DNA of 64,000 nucleotides, from contig JAHIRF010000005.1 of the NCBI GenBank assembly GCA_018818785.1, forward strand, positions 139,790-203,789, in the 5' to 3' direction. The position numbers and the translations under genes were made by a program. This DNA is from Thermoplasmatota archaeon (GTDB lineage: Archaea; Thermoplasmatota; Thermoplasmata; UBA10834). The notes beneath the pieces are model-generated. The model ran no database searches and had not been told where the DNA came from. It saw only the letters and a program-made list of their open reading frames with translations. Of this stretch, positions 28,915-37,890 are shown in pieces; the first letter of the stretch is position 1; every line of letters begins with the position of its first letter.

Positions 28915-29757
28915 TCATGCGAATGCTTTGCCATATACCGCACGGGGGACATCGTGGTGTATCTTGTGGGCCGCCTCCTCACTCATGATCCCCTTCTCCA
29001 TGAGGGCCTTCGTCCGCTTGGGCACCGTTCCGATCGCGAGGACCGCGCCGGGTCGTGACGGGTCGTCCAGGAAGTCCGTCTCGAGCATGAACCGATCTCC
29101 TTTGGACAGCGCCACCTGAACCGCTGATTTCCCTGCTAGGACCGATGGCACGAGTCCGAAGTTCTCGTCCTCTTGGACCAGGGGTGGCGAATAGTGCTTG
29201 ACCACGCGGCCAGGTTCGAGGCCGACGGATTCCGCCATGTGAGCCAGTTCCTTCATAGATTCGGGCGTTGCCCCTTCCGTATGCAGCACGATCGCGCAAC
29301 CTGTGCGCCTGGCAACTTGCATTCCGTGACGCAGGATATCGTTCGAGGCGCTCCAGACCTCCTCGCCGACTGGAAAATGGGGTCGTCCCACCTCGCCTAT
29401 CGCAATGGCTCTGCCATCTGCCACATATTCCGCGGCTATATCCATGCCTTCCATCATGATCTGTTTGGCCGTCTCGAGCCCGTATCTCCTCTGGAAGCTC
29501 AGGAGCTCCACGGGATATGGTCCGACCGTAGCGTACGCGTGCAGCGAAGTCTCTTTGTTGACTCTGTCCTTGATGTTCACGGTCACATCGAAGGCGGTCC
29601 TGAAATCATCCGCCTTGGATATCTCGACGTGGTCGTATGGAAGATGTGAGATTATCAGGTGGGTGCCGCCGAGCTTCTCGAACTCCCTCGCCGAATCCAC
29701 ATTTCTTCCCTTGATCGGTTCCAGATGGACGTGGTTATCCAATATCGGTATGGACAT
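28915..29757 (-). CDS. TatD-related metal-dependent hydrolase
   Basis: N-terminal DNHVHLE, and His/Glu/Asp ligands spaced as in TatD-family TIM-barrel hydrolases. Confidence 0.55.
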   Translation of the reverse strand: MSIPILDNHVHLEPIKGRNVDSAREFEKLGGTHLIISHLPYDHVEISKADDFRTAFDVTVNIKDRVNKETSLHAYATVGPYPVELLSFQRRYGLETAKQIMMEGMDIAAEYVADGRAIAIGEVGRPHFPVGEEVWSASNDILRHGMQVARRTGCAIVLHTEGATPESMKELAHMAESVGLEPGRVVKHYSPPLVQEDENFGLVPSVLAGKSAVQVALSKGDRFMLETDFLDDPSRPGAVLAIGTVPKRTKALMEKGIMSEEAAHKIHHDVPRAVYGKAFA

Positions 29758-29942
29758 GGGTGTAAGTTCTCGGTCACTTGAAGAGTCACGCAGATTTCAA
29801 TTCTTCTGTTCTCTTATCAACAGCGACTTCGACATCCTCAGGCCTCCAGACATATGCAACTTATTTATCAGCACACTCCGTTCCCATCTCCTGCAGTCGG
29901 CCAGGCTAGCCTGCTGCGTTCGGGCATCAGAGGTGTTCTTGG

Positions 29943-31595
29943 ATGGGAGATAACGGCGCGTCCTCAAGTGGTCAAGGCATATTCCTCAGAGAGACCACTG
30001 GCCTGGTCCGAGAGATGAAGTGGCACGACGCCCTTTTCATCAACCTGCTCAACATGAGTGTAGGGGTCGGCGTTGCCTATGTCATATTCCTCGGCCCAGG
30101 AATATTCCCAGGAGCGAATGTCACACTTGGTCTGGTTCTGTGCGCGATCGGCTGCTTCTTCGGGATGTACTGTTTTTCAGCGCTCACGGCCGCGATGCCG
30201 CGCAGCGGCGGCGACTATGTCTTCGTCAGCAGAGTCCTCCATCCGTCCATCGGGTTCGGCTCCAGCTGGATGTGGGTCTTCTGGAACGTCGTCTGGTGCG
30301 CCATCCTCGGGACGTGGGTCGTGACCTGGGGTCTCAGAGACCTCTTCGGAATGCTGGGTGTCGTGAACAACGATCCGAACCTGCTCGACTGGGCCGACAG
30401 GCTGAGCCAGCCGGACCATCCGATCACTTTCACGCTCACTGCAATGGTCGTCATACTGTCCGGCGTGATGTTGGCACTGGGAACCAAGTTATACCTGAGG
30501 GTGCAGGCAGTCTGTGCGATAATCGGCCTTATCATGCTGGTCGTGGTCGCGGCCATTTTCCTCACGACCTCAAATCAGGAATTCTCATCGACCTGGGACC
30601 AATACGCAACCGGTCAAGGCGCTGCGGACTATAGTGAGACCGTCGCGGATGCCGCCTATGATTCTCCATGGTACAATTACAGTGACTGGCAGTTGACCCT
30701 TGCCATCCTGCCGATAGGGTTATGGTCCCTTGCATATCCGTACTTCACGTCGTTCGTGGGCGGCGAACTGAAGACTCCAAGAAGGACCGCATTAATCGGC
30801 AACATGGGTGCGTTGGTCATCGGCGCGGCATTCATAATCGGGCTATGGTCGATAATCACGAACACGTTGGGAGATACGTTCATACAGGGTACCTACGCCC
30901 AGTTCTACGAATATGGCTCGACGAGCTACGGGATGCCGAGCGTATGGTTCGACTTCCACGCCGGCATCGCTTCGAAGAGCAGCGCAGCGGTCTATATCAT
31001 CGGTATAGGGATGGTCGCATGGCTGCTCATGTACCCGGCCCTGGCATGCATCGGCCAGACAAGGGCGGCGCTGGCATGGTCCATGGATAGGATAGTGCCG
31101 TCGTGGTTCGGGAAGGTGAGCGAGAGATGGAATTCGCCTTTGAACGCGATCGTCTTCTTCACCACGATCAACATGATATACCTGGCATTCTACGCGAGAT
31201 TCTCTGACTACCAGGGCGGTTTCACCGCGGTGCTCGGCCAAGCGCTCGCGACATTCACGCTCGTCGGTTTTGCCGCCATACTCCTGCCATACAGGAAGAA
31301 GACGAGGAAGATATACGAATCCTCAGGGATGAATCACAAGATATTCGGAGTGCCGTTGATCACCATCTCCGGCATAATATGGGTCGCATTCCTGTCGGTG
31401 AGCATCTGGTACTTCATGATCGACCCCAACCTCGGAGCGACTGATTATTGGAGTCCCGTGACCAGATACTTCTCGCTCTATCTCACGGTGGCGATATTCT
31501 TTGCGGGGTTCGCGCTTTATTGGGTGTCGAGATGGTATAGGAAGAAACACGGCGTGAACATCGACCTTGCCTTCGAACAGCTCCCACCCGAATGA
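29943..31595 (+). CDS. APC-superfamily amino-acid permease
   Basis: About 12 transmembrane helices with G-rich TM1/TM6 motifs typical of the APC family. Confidence 0.65.
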   Translation: MGDNGASSSGQGIFLRETTGLVREMKWHDALFINLLNMSVGVGVAYVIFLGPGIFPGANVTLGLVLCAIGCFFGMYCFSALTAAMPRSGGDYVFVSRVLHPSIGFGSSWMWVFWNVVWCAILGTWVVTWGLRDLFGMLGVVNNDPNLLDWADRLSQPDHPITFTLTAMVVILSGVMLALGTKLYLRVQAVCAIIGLIMLVVVAAIFLTTSNQEFSSTWDQYATGQGAADYSETVADAAYDSPWYNYSDWQLTLAILPIGLWSLAYPYFTSFVGGELKTPRRTALIGNMGALVIGAAFIIGLWSIITNTLGDTFIQGTYAQFYEYGSTSYGMPSVWFDFHAGIASKSSAAVYIIGIGMVAWLLMYPALACIGQTRAALAWSMDRIVPSWFGKVSERWNSPLNAIVFFTTINMIYLAFYARFSDYQGGFTAVLGQALATFTLVGFAAILLPYRKKTRKIYESSGMNHKIFGVPLITISGIIWVAFLSVSIWYFMIDPNLGATDYWSPVTRYFSLYLTVAIFFAGFALYWVSRWYRKKHGVNIDLAFEQLPPE

Positions 31596-31622
31596 TCTGC
31601 TCTCCGAGGATAAGGGCACCCT

Positions 31623-32675
31623 CTAGTACATGTTCAAGTATCGCTTGAGCGCGGCAAGCGCTACGACCGTTATCCATTGGTCTTTCTCGGGGTTCGGTCG
31701 CTCGGATACATGCCAGAAACCTTCCTTCGTCCTTGCAGCCAGAAGCCATCGTATGGGCTTCTCCATTCGCGGGTCCTCCGGGCCATATCCGTTCCATGTT
31801 AGGATGTCCAGGGCCGACAGTCCGCTCCCGAGGTATGTCGGATACTTGAATCTGGTCCAATTCTTCTCGGATTGGTAGAACGATGCGTGATAATTGCGTT
31901 TGAAGAACCGGTCGAGTATGAAGTCGATACCTCTGCGCACAGCCGCTGATTTGTGAAGGAGTTTGTGGTATGTGAGTCCCCTGATGGCCATGACCGTGCT
32001 CCAGATGCAGCTGGGTATGTCGTCATAGTCCTTCGGATCATATGCCGGCGCATCCTCACTTTCGACAAGGTCCATGAACCCACGTTTCTTCAAGCATCTA
32101 TATTTCGGCCGATACCACATATCTTGGATGTATGGGATATTCCACCCACCATCCTGCCTCTGCATGCTCAGGATCCATCGAATCAGTCTCTGGGTCCTTG
32201 GATCGTCAAACAGGCCGAATTGTTGCATGTTCCTAACTGCGAAACCGTTGTAATACGGGAGCGGGAAGGCATTGGTCCACGGTCCAGAAATATATCCTTC
32301 CTTGGTCTGCCATCCGAAGACCTTCTCAAACGATGCTCGGACATGCCCCTCATCGATGTTGGTTATGTAATCTCCGAGGGTGTATTGGTTTCTAAGGATT
32401 GTCACATATGTCCATCCGATGGGAGGTCCTGGCCCCCTCTCCTCCTCAAATCGTTTCTGTCTTGATATCGGCCATGTGCCGTCCGCGCTCTGTTTGCTCA
32501 GGAGACGCAGCTTCGCAGGATATTCAGCGCACTCTCTGTTCGTCTGCTTCATCATGGAGTCCTCATCCCCCTTCTCCATGATGACCCTTAGAAGCCAGTG
32601 TTTGACCGGAGGAGAAGATATCTGAAGCAGCTTCCTCGAAGAGTCTTCGACAACTTTGTTGATTTCAGCGCGCAT
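31623..32675 (-). CDS. prenyltransferase/squalene-cyclase-repeat (alpha/alpha-toroid) protein, paralog B
   Basis: Three QW-type repeats (LLSKQSADGTW, WILSMQRQDGGW, WLLAARTKEGFW). ATG 32675 aligns with the paralog A start. Confidence 0.5.
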   Translation of the reverse strand: MRAEINKVVEDSSRKLLQISSPPVKHWLLRVIMEKGDEDSMMKQTNRECAEYPAKLRLLSKQSADGTWPISRQKRFEEERGPGPPIGWTYVTILRNQYTLGDYITNIDEGHVRASFEKVFGWQTKEGYISGPWTNAFPLPYYNGFAVRNMQQFGLFDDPRTQRLIRWILSMQRQDGGWNIPYIQDMWYRPKYRCLKKRGFMDLVESEDAPAYDPKDYDDIPSCIWSTVMAIRGLTYHKLLHKSAAVRRGIDFILDRFFKRNYHASFYQSEKNWTRFKYPTYLGSGLSALDILTWNGYGPEDPRMEKPIRWLLAARTKEGFWHVSERPNPEKDQWITVVALAALKRYLNMY

Positions 32676-32747
32676 CTTCGAATCCACCAATGCATCGTGT
32701 GATTTGAAAGGTTTTGGATCAGCACGAATTCTGCACGTCGCGCATGA

Positions 32748-33800
32748 TCAATACATGTCTGCGTATCGAGAGAGTGTACTGATGGCTATCTCCGTTATCC
32801 ACTGATTCTTCTCGGGATCCGGCCTCTCGGACCTGTACCAGAATCCATCCTTAGACCTCATCTTCAGAAGCCATCTCACTGCCTTTTCCATGCGCTCATC
32901 CTCTGGACCGTATCCTAATATGGCCAGGATTTCTAGAGCCGAGAGCCCGCTGCCGAGATATGTTGGGTACTTCAATGTCGTCCAGTTCGTCTCAGACTGC
33001 AGTAATGTCGAGTGATAGTTCCTCTTGAAGAAGCCATCCATGAGAAAATCGGCGCCTCTCAGGACCGCCCTCCTCTTCATCATGTCTGGGTTCCAGACGG
33101 CCCCTCTTATGACGGCGAGTGTGCTCCACAGGCAGCTTGGAATATGTCTGTACTCATCGGGGTCGTAAGATGGCCGGTCCTCGCTCTCAACCAGTTTCAT
33201 AAAATTCTTCATCTTCATGTGGACATACTCTGGTCGGTAGCGCACATCCTGCAGATACGGAATGTTCCATCCACCATCATGCCGTTGCATGCTCAACAGC
33301 CATTTCATGAGCTTGTCCACTCTCGGGTCGTCCCGCAATCCGAACTCAAGAGAGTTCCTAAGTGCCAATCCGTTGTAGTGCGGTATCGGAAATGCGTCAG
33401 TGGTTGGGCCAGGAATGTACCCTTCCTTGACCTGCCAGCCAAGCATCTTCTCGAAAGAAGCTCGCACATTACCCTCGTCGATCTTGGCAACATACTCCCC
33501 GAGCATCAACTGGTTCCTCAACATGGTGGTGTATGTCCACCCGATTGGCGGCCCAGGCCCGCGCTCCTCCTCCATCCTCCTCAATCTCGATATCGGCCAT
33601 GTGCCGTCTTCACGCAGCGAATCGAGTAGATGCAGTCTAGGAGGGTATGTCTCACATTCTTTGATTGTCTGCTTGAGGACTGGGTCGTCAGAGTCCTTCT
33701 TCATCACGTCGGAAAGGAGCCAAAATCTCACCGGAGGAATCGATATCTGAAGGAGCTTCCTTGCAGACTCGTCCACCGTTCTTCGAATCTCTGTCAACAT
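32748..33800 (-). CDS. prenyltransferase/squalene-cyclase-repeat (alpha/alpha-toroid) protein, paralog A
   Basis: QW-type repeats (LLDSLREDGTW, KWLLSMQRHDGGW, RWLLKMRSKDGFW). About 55-60% identical to paralog B by eye. Confidence 0.5.
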   Translation of the reverse strand: MLTEIRRTVDESARKLLQISIPPVRFWLLSDVMKKDSDDPVLKQTIKECETYPPRLHLLDSLREDGTWPISRLRRMEEERGPGPPIGWTYTTMLRNQLMLGEYVAKIDEGNVRASFEKMLGWQVKEGYIPGPTTDAFPIPHYNGLALRNSLEFGLRDDPRVDKLMKWLLSMQRHDGGWNIPYLQDVRYRPEYVHMKMKNFMKLVESEDRPSYDPDEYRHIPSCLWSTLAVIRGAVWNPDMMKRRAVLRGADFLMDGFFKRNYHSTLLQSETNWTTLKYPTYLGSGLSALEILAILGYGPEDERMEKAVRWLLKMRSKDGFWYRSERPDPEKNQWITEIAISTLSRYADMY

Positions 33801-33889
33801 CACTGTGCCGGGAGGTCAATGTCTTTGTAGGAAATCTCTTTTTCGTAGATCGAGTCCGACGCAGTGATTTTCCTAATTCAGCTCCACGA

Positions 33890-34186
33890 TCATGATTGAA
33901 GTCCACATTCCACCGCAAACTTGAAGCCCTTCCCCTCTTCTTCTTGAACCTTCTTGTAGAAGTCGCAATTCATGCATACGATCACCTTGGGCACGAACGA
34001 TCCCGTGGGTTCTCCTCCACAGAGAGTGCCGGCGACCGCCCAGCATATCCTTCCACCATTCTTCCCATGGTTCATTCCATCCGATCGAGAGTACGTGCAC
34101 GCTGGACATACTCCGCGTTCGGATACCTTGGCTCCTCCAGGGAATCGCTGGCAATCTTTGAACTCCCAACAGTTCTGCACTCCCAT
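33890..34186 (-). CDS. small Cys-rich protein with two CW motifs (10 Cys in 98 aa)
   Basis: MGVQNCWEFKDCQRFPGG...GVCPAC...GGRICWAVAGTLCGG...CMNCDFY. GGTGAGG Shine-Dalgarno 3 nt upstream of ATG 34186. The longer ORF to 34588 overlaps the antisense transposase fragment and is rejected. Confidence 0.45.
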   Translation of the reverse strand: MGVQNCWEFKDCQRFPGGAKVSERGVCPACTYSRSDGMNHGKNGGRICWAVAGTLCGGEPTGSFVPKVIVCMNCDFYKKVQEEEGKGFKFAVECGLQS

Positions 34187-34324
34187 TTCCTCACCACTCC
34201 CAAACGTGCTTCGGATAGAGCACGGTCCGGAGCATGGAATGACGGTACATTTCTGATAAGTCTTGCCATGAATCGGTCTGGAATGCGAAAGCATTGATAC
34301 GCCATCTGAGAGCCATAGAACGGC

Positions 34325-34687
34325 ATGCCGAGTTATCCCAACAAGACTATCAAGAAGGAGCTCGGGAGTTTCAAGCGCAAGGGTGATATGCCTTCGGGCA
34401 TCAAGCAGTACACGCTTCACAAGATCTTGCCTAGCATCCGCGCAGAGAAGTCGAATGACAAGAATGAAAGACTTCACGGCACGGAGAAATCGAGAACCAA
34501 GATCATGAGGGCATTCGACCACGAAGCGGGAGCGTCTGCTTTGATGGACGGATGGAGGGTTCATTACGATATGATTCGGACTCATCAAACGCTCGTCATG
34601 ACACCAGCCGAAGCCGCTGATATTCCGTCATTGCCAGGCTTCAAGTGGTATGAACTAATAAAGCTGGCTAGCAGGCAAAGCTCTTGA
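34325..34687 (+). pseudogene. truncated IS6-family transposase (C-terminal about 75 aa only)
   Basis: NERLHGTEKSRTKIMRAFDHEAGASALMDGWRVHYDMIRTHQTLVMTPAEAADI aligns with the C-terminus of the full transposase at 37891-38880 (IERFHNTLKDRVKILRGFGSRGGASTALDGFVIQYNFLRRHTSLKGMTPAERAGI). Confidence 0.55.
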
Positions 34688-34762
34688 ATATCAGAAAATG
34701 AAATTTAGAGGCAAAAATCATATATAGTGCGATTCAATAGTGGGTAACATAAAATCCCCAGT

Positions 34763-35473
34763 ATGACCCTTCTCTTCACGAAAAGGGGAATGCTGGGTTC
34801 CACTTCTTCAATCATAATCTCCTGGAGGAATGATAAATCGGACGCTATCATATTCATTGATGGAAACAATTTCTATCACAACTCACGATCAATGGGAATT
34901 AAGCCTGGGAGCATAGATTTCGATAAGCTCATCAATTTCATCTGTTTAGAGTTCAAATGCAATAGAAAGCAAGTTCGTTACTACAATTCTGAACCAGATA
35001 TTTCGGATGGAACGAAGAAATATTACGGTGCTCAGAAATTCTTCAGCGAACTAAAAAAGCTCGGTTTTATCGTTCAGACGAGAAAACTCCAGAAGCAATC
35101 AAACGAAAAAGAGATCAATGCAAGGATTAAGGTCATTGATGACGAGGAATATTGTCCTATATGCAGACCACTTGTTGAGAATGCATGTATTCAATGCGTG
35201 GGTCGATTCAGCAAAAAGGAAAAGGGCATTGATGTTTGGATAGCCATTGATATGCTAAATCTTTGTCTGTTGCGTAATGAATGCGATATGTGTATATTAG
35301 TGTCGGGTGATGGTGATTTTGTTCCCGCCCTGGATATTATCAAGGGATCTGGCAAGGAGGTTGCATCCACATCCGTATACCATGGATATTCGAATCTCCT
35401 GAGAGAGAAACATAGATTCAAGACAATAACAGAACAGGAACTCGAAGGACTCTTGAAACAAGATCGTTTTTGA
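34763..35473 (+). CDS. NYN/LabA-like domain protein (predicted RNase fold)
   Basis: Motifs IFIDGNNF, GIDVWIAIDML and ILVSGDGDFVPAL. Region looks AT-rich. Confidence 0.6.
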   Translation: MTLLFTKRGMLGSTSSIIISWRNDKSDAIIFIDGNNFYHNSRSMGIKPGSIDFDKLINFICLEFKCNRKQVRYYNSEPDISDGTKKYYGAQKFFSELKKLGFIVQTRKLQKQSNEKEINARIKVIDDEEYCPICRPLVENACIQCVGRFSKKEKGIDVWIAIDMLNLCLLRNECDMCILVSGDGDFVPALDIIKGSGKEVASTSVYHGYSNLLREKHRFKTITEQELEGLLKQDRF

Positions 35474-35670
35474 CTAATGCACTCAGACTCGCCACCATCC
35501 GAAGATTTACAGCGGAAAACGTCAGACGGAAACCACCCGTTAATTAGACAGAACCGAGACCAAGGGCATTGTTGCATTAAGTATGATTCAGTAGATGTCT
35601 CCGAAATGCTTGTCTGACGATTCATATGGCCAGTCGTCGGAATATTGTGAGCCCTCATCATGTCACATTC

Positions 35671-36273
35671 TCATTTCAGAGGAACTAGTAGCCACCGATC
35701 ATGATTAAGGAAGGGCACGAAGATGTTGCCACCGCTGTCTCTGTTGGCCAAATACGTATGAATCCCGATTTGGTTCAAGGACAGATGCATGAATCGTTCT
35801 ATGTAGAATTCCCAGGGTCTCTCCGATGTCGTCCTTGGTTCCTTTTCCAGGAGCTTTAGGGCGGTCTCAGAGCAGTCTTGCAGGTATTTCATGAAGATTG
35901 GCCAACCTTCTTGTCCAAATCCATCTCCCTTTTCTTTGCTGCCCTCTTCTCCAGTATAATCATCACCCGGTTTTCCATGTGCTCCGAAATGTGGTGACGG
36001 ATCGCTGATGCCCTTCAATCTTTCTTCGAGCTCGATTCTGATTTCTGCAATATCTGAATCGACCCCATAAAACCTCAATCTGATCTCTGGAGTTTTCGGT
36101 TCCAAGACTGGGCATTCTTCTCTTAGAAAATGCCATCTCATGTCCTGCCTACGCTCTTGCGCACGTTCCTTTACCTCATTCACATAGTTTTTCACAAAGC
36201 CAAGCAGGACTCTATCGAAATCCCCCGCATTTCTCAGATGGATATTTACCTCAACCCACTTGTATTCACTCAT
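35671..36273 (-). CDS. hypothetical protein
   Basis: No confident family. ATG 36273 (MSEYKW...) preferred over the GTG at 36282. Confidence 0.4.
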   Translation of the reverse strand: MSEYKWVEVNIHLRNAGDFDRVLLGFVKNYVNEVKERAQERRQDMRWHFLREECPVLEPKTPEIRLRFYGVDSDIAEIRIELEERLKGISDPSPHFGAHGKPGDDYTGEEGSKEKGDGFGQEGWPIFMKYLQDCSETALKLLEKEPRTTSERPWEFYIERFMHLSLNQIGIHTYLANRDSGGNIFVPFLNHDRWLLVPLK

Positions 36274-36352
36274 TTGAACCACCTACGGTCATGAATGCGT
36301 CTGCTGATAGATTATCATTCTTATCTGGGCCAGTCAAATCTGAACGCGGCAC

Positions 36353-36730
36353 TCAACATTCTTCAGGCCAAGGTGTCGATGTTATTCCCTGCATCTTGCG
36401 CATTTCCTTATGGTTCCCAACCCACCAGCAAATTATCGTATTCTTGGGAACCTCATTGCAGGGGCATCTATGCTTGGTCTGATGAATAGTCCCTATGCAT
36501 TCCCAGCAGAGAGTCACGATTATTCGGAGGTCTTTTAGGACCTTTATCTCCCTATCGCCAGCCAGGCCCGCAGTGAGTGGGTAAGTGAAGTGTTTTGGAT
36601 TCTCAAGAACCTTCTTCAATTTCTTCTCGATAGCGCTACGCGCTATGGGGTCACCAATACATTTGAGACATTCCTTGAATTTTGGATGAAAAAGAAAAGA
36701 TGGTGGTTCATTCGGACTCAAAGACTTCAC
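36353..36730 (-). CDS. RelE/ParE-like toxin-fold protein with a Cys/His-rich C-terminus
   Basis: About 125 aa. FKECLKCIGDPIARSAIEKKLKKVLENPKHFTYPLTAGLAGDREIKVLKDLRII resembles a RelE/YafQ-type fold. GTG start overlapping the upstream Panacea gene. Confidence 0.35.
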   Translation of the reverse strand: MKSLSPNEPPSFLFHPKFKECLKCIGDPIARSAIEKKLKKVLENPKHFTYPLTAGLAGDREIKVLKDLRIIVTLCWECIGTIHQTKHRCPCNEVPKNTIICWWVGNHKEMRKMQGITSTPWPEEC

Positions 36731-37394
36731 TCCATGTCAGGAGTTCCTTTGCCTTAAATGGTGTCTCCAGCGTTTCTCTGATCTCTGGGTATCTGTATGA
36801 GAACATGAGATCCAGAGTTCGTATCCATTCTTTAGGAATCTCAAATTCGTAACTGACATCCCGCAGCTTGATCGGATTGAGCAATGGGGTACCATCTGGT
36901 ATGTCGTCTATCTTTGCCGTCGAGTCTCTATAGGGAACTTGGCATCTGTGACTCAGATCCCTCAATTCCCTACCAGTATACTCTCCAAGATGGTGAATCC
37001 AACCACTTAGATGGTCGATTATTGGGGCGTTCTCTCCCGAATCAATGAACTCAGACATCTGGGAGACAAGCTCTTTCCCTTCCTTTGTTATCGCCTCGAT
37101 AGCTTTGTTCTGACCTTTTAACTCTACGAATCCAATCTGGTTAAAGAGGTCAAGGTCCTTGACAATCTCAGCACTCATCGGTCCATGTGTCCATTTAAAG
37201 AATTGGTAATTGATTCCTTTTATCCGCTTTACCTGAGCATCGTACTGATTGAAAAACGCGGTCTTCTGAATTTTCCATTTATCCAAAGTGCCATATTCAG
37301 AAAGCCCATTCATTGTGTACAATAACAGCACTTTGTTTATAATCTCATCAACCTCTGCGAGGTCGTCCATCTCACCCTGCTCGACGCTTATCAT
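36708..37394 (-). CDS. Panacea (DUF4065)-domain antitoxin-like protein
   Basis: KVLLLYTMNG...KWTHGPMSAEI matches the Panacea pattern (KLLYfa...hGPv). Co-directional and overlapping with the downstream toxin-like gene. Confidence 0.5.
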   Translation of the reverse strand: MISVEQGEMDDLAEVDEIINKVLLLYTMNGLSEYGTLDKWKIQKTAFFNQYDAQVKRIKGINYQFFKWTHGPMSAEIVKDLDLFNQIGFVELKGQNKAIEAITKEGKELVSQMSEFIDSGENAPIIDHLSGWIHHLGEYTGRELRDLSHRCQVPYRDSTAKIDDIPDGTPLLNPIKLRDVSYEFEIPKEWIRTLDLMFSYRYPEIRETLETPFKAKELLTWSEVFESE

Positions 37395-37890
37395 TCCTAT
37401 CCGTCCAAACGACTATCTATTCCATCAAATTCTCACTTTCACGGGTGCCAATGTTAGCTAGTATAATATGATTTTGATATGTCATTCAGCGATATTAAGC
37501 TTGCCGACTGACGCATTCATAATGATTTCATACCGGGATTTTTTGTATGCTGGCTAACAAATTCTAGAAATGAGAACGCGGCTCAAATCATTCGATAGAC
37601 TGAAACGACTTGTTTTCGACGACCCCACACTTCAGCTCGGGCTAGAGGATTTCGGCCTGGCTGGGGATAGCTACTTATACAACACGCACCAATTAGGGTA
37701 TATTGAGGGTGCAAATAACCCCTCTTGGATGGGACGGTATGGAAGTAACGATACCCGATGCCGACATAGTGATCGAGGCCGGAGTAACGGAAGATGGCCG
37801 GATATACGGCCTCAAGAAGTACGCTGGCCGTACGGTCAAGATTGTCGTGCTAGAGGAGAAACGGAAGAAGTAAATCGACACCAAACAACA

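Noticed and set aside
34187-34588. Upstream 134 codons of the Cys-rich protein ORF
   Set aside because: It is antisense to the transposase fragment and unlike protein sequence. An Shine-Dalgarno-preceded ATG at 34186 starts the Cys-rich module.
37570-37890. N-terminal 107 codons of the transposase ORF
   Set aside because: Low-complexity Arg/Gly-rich sequence with no homology to IS6 proteins. It is likely untranslated or inverted-repeat-proximal DNA.
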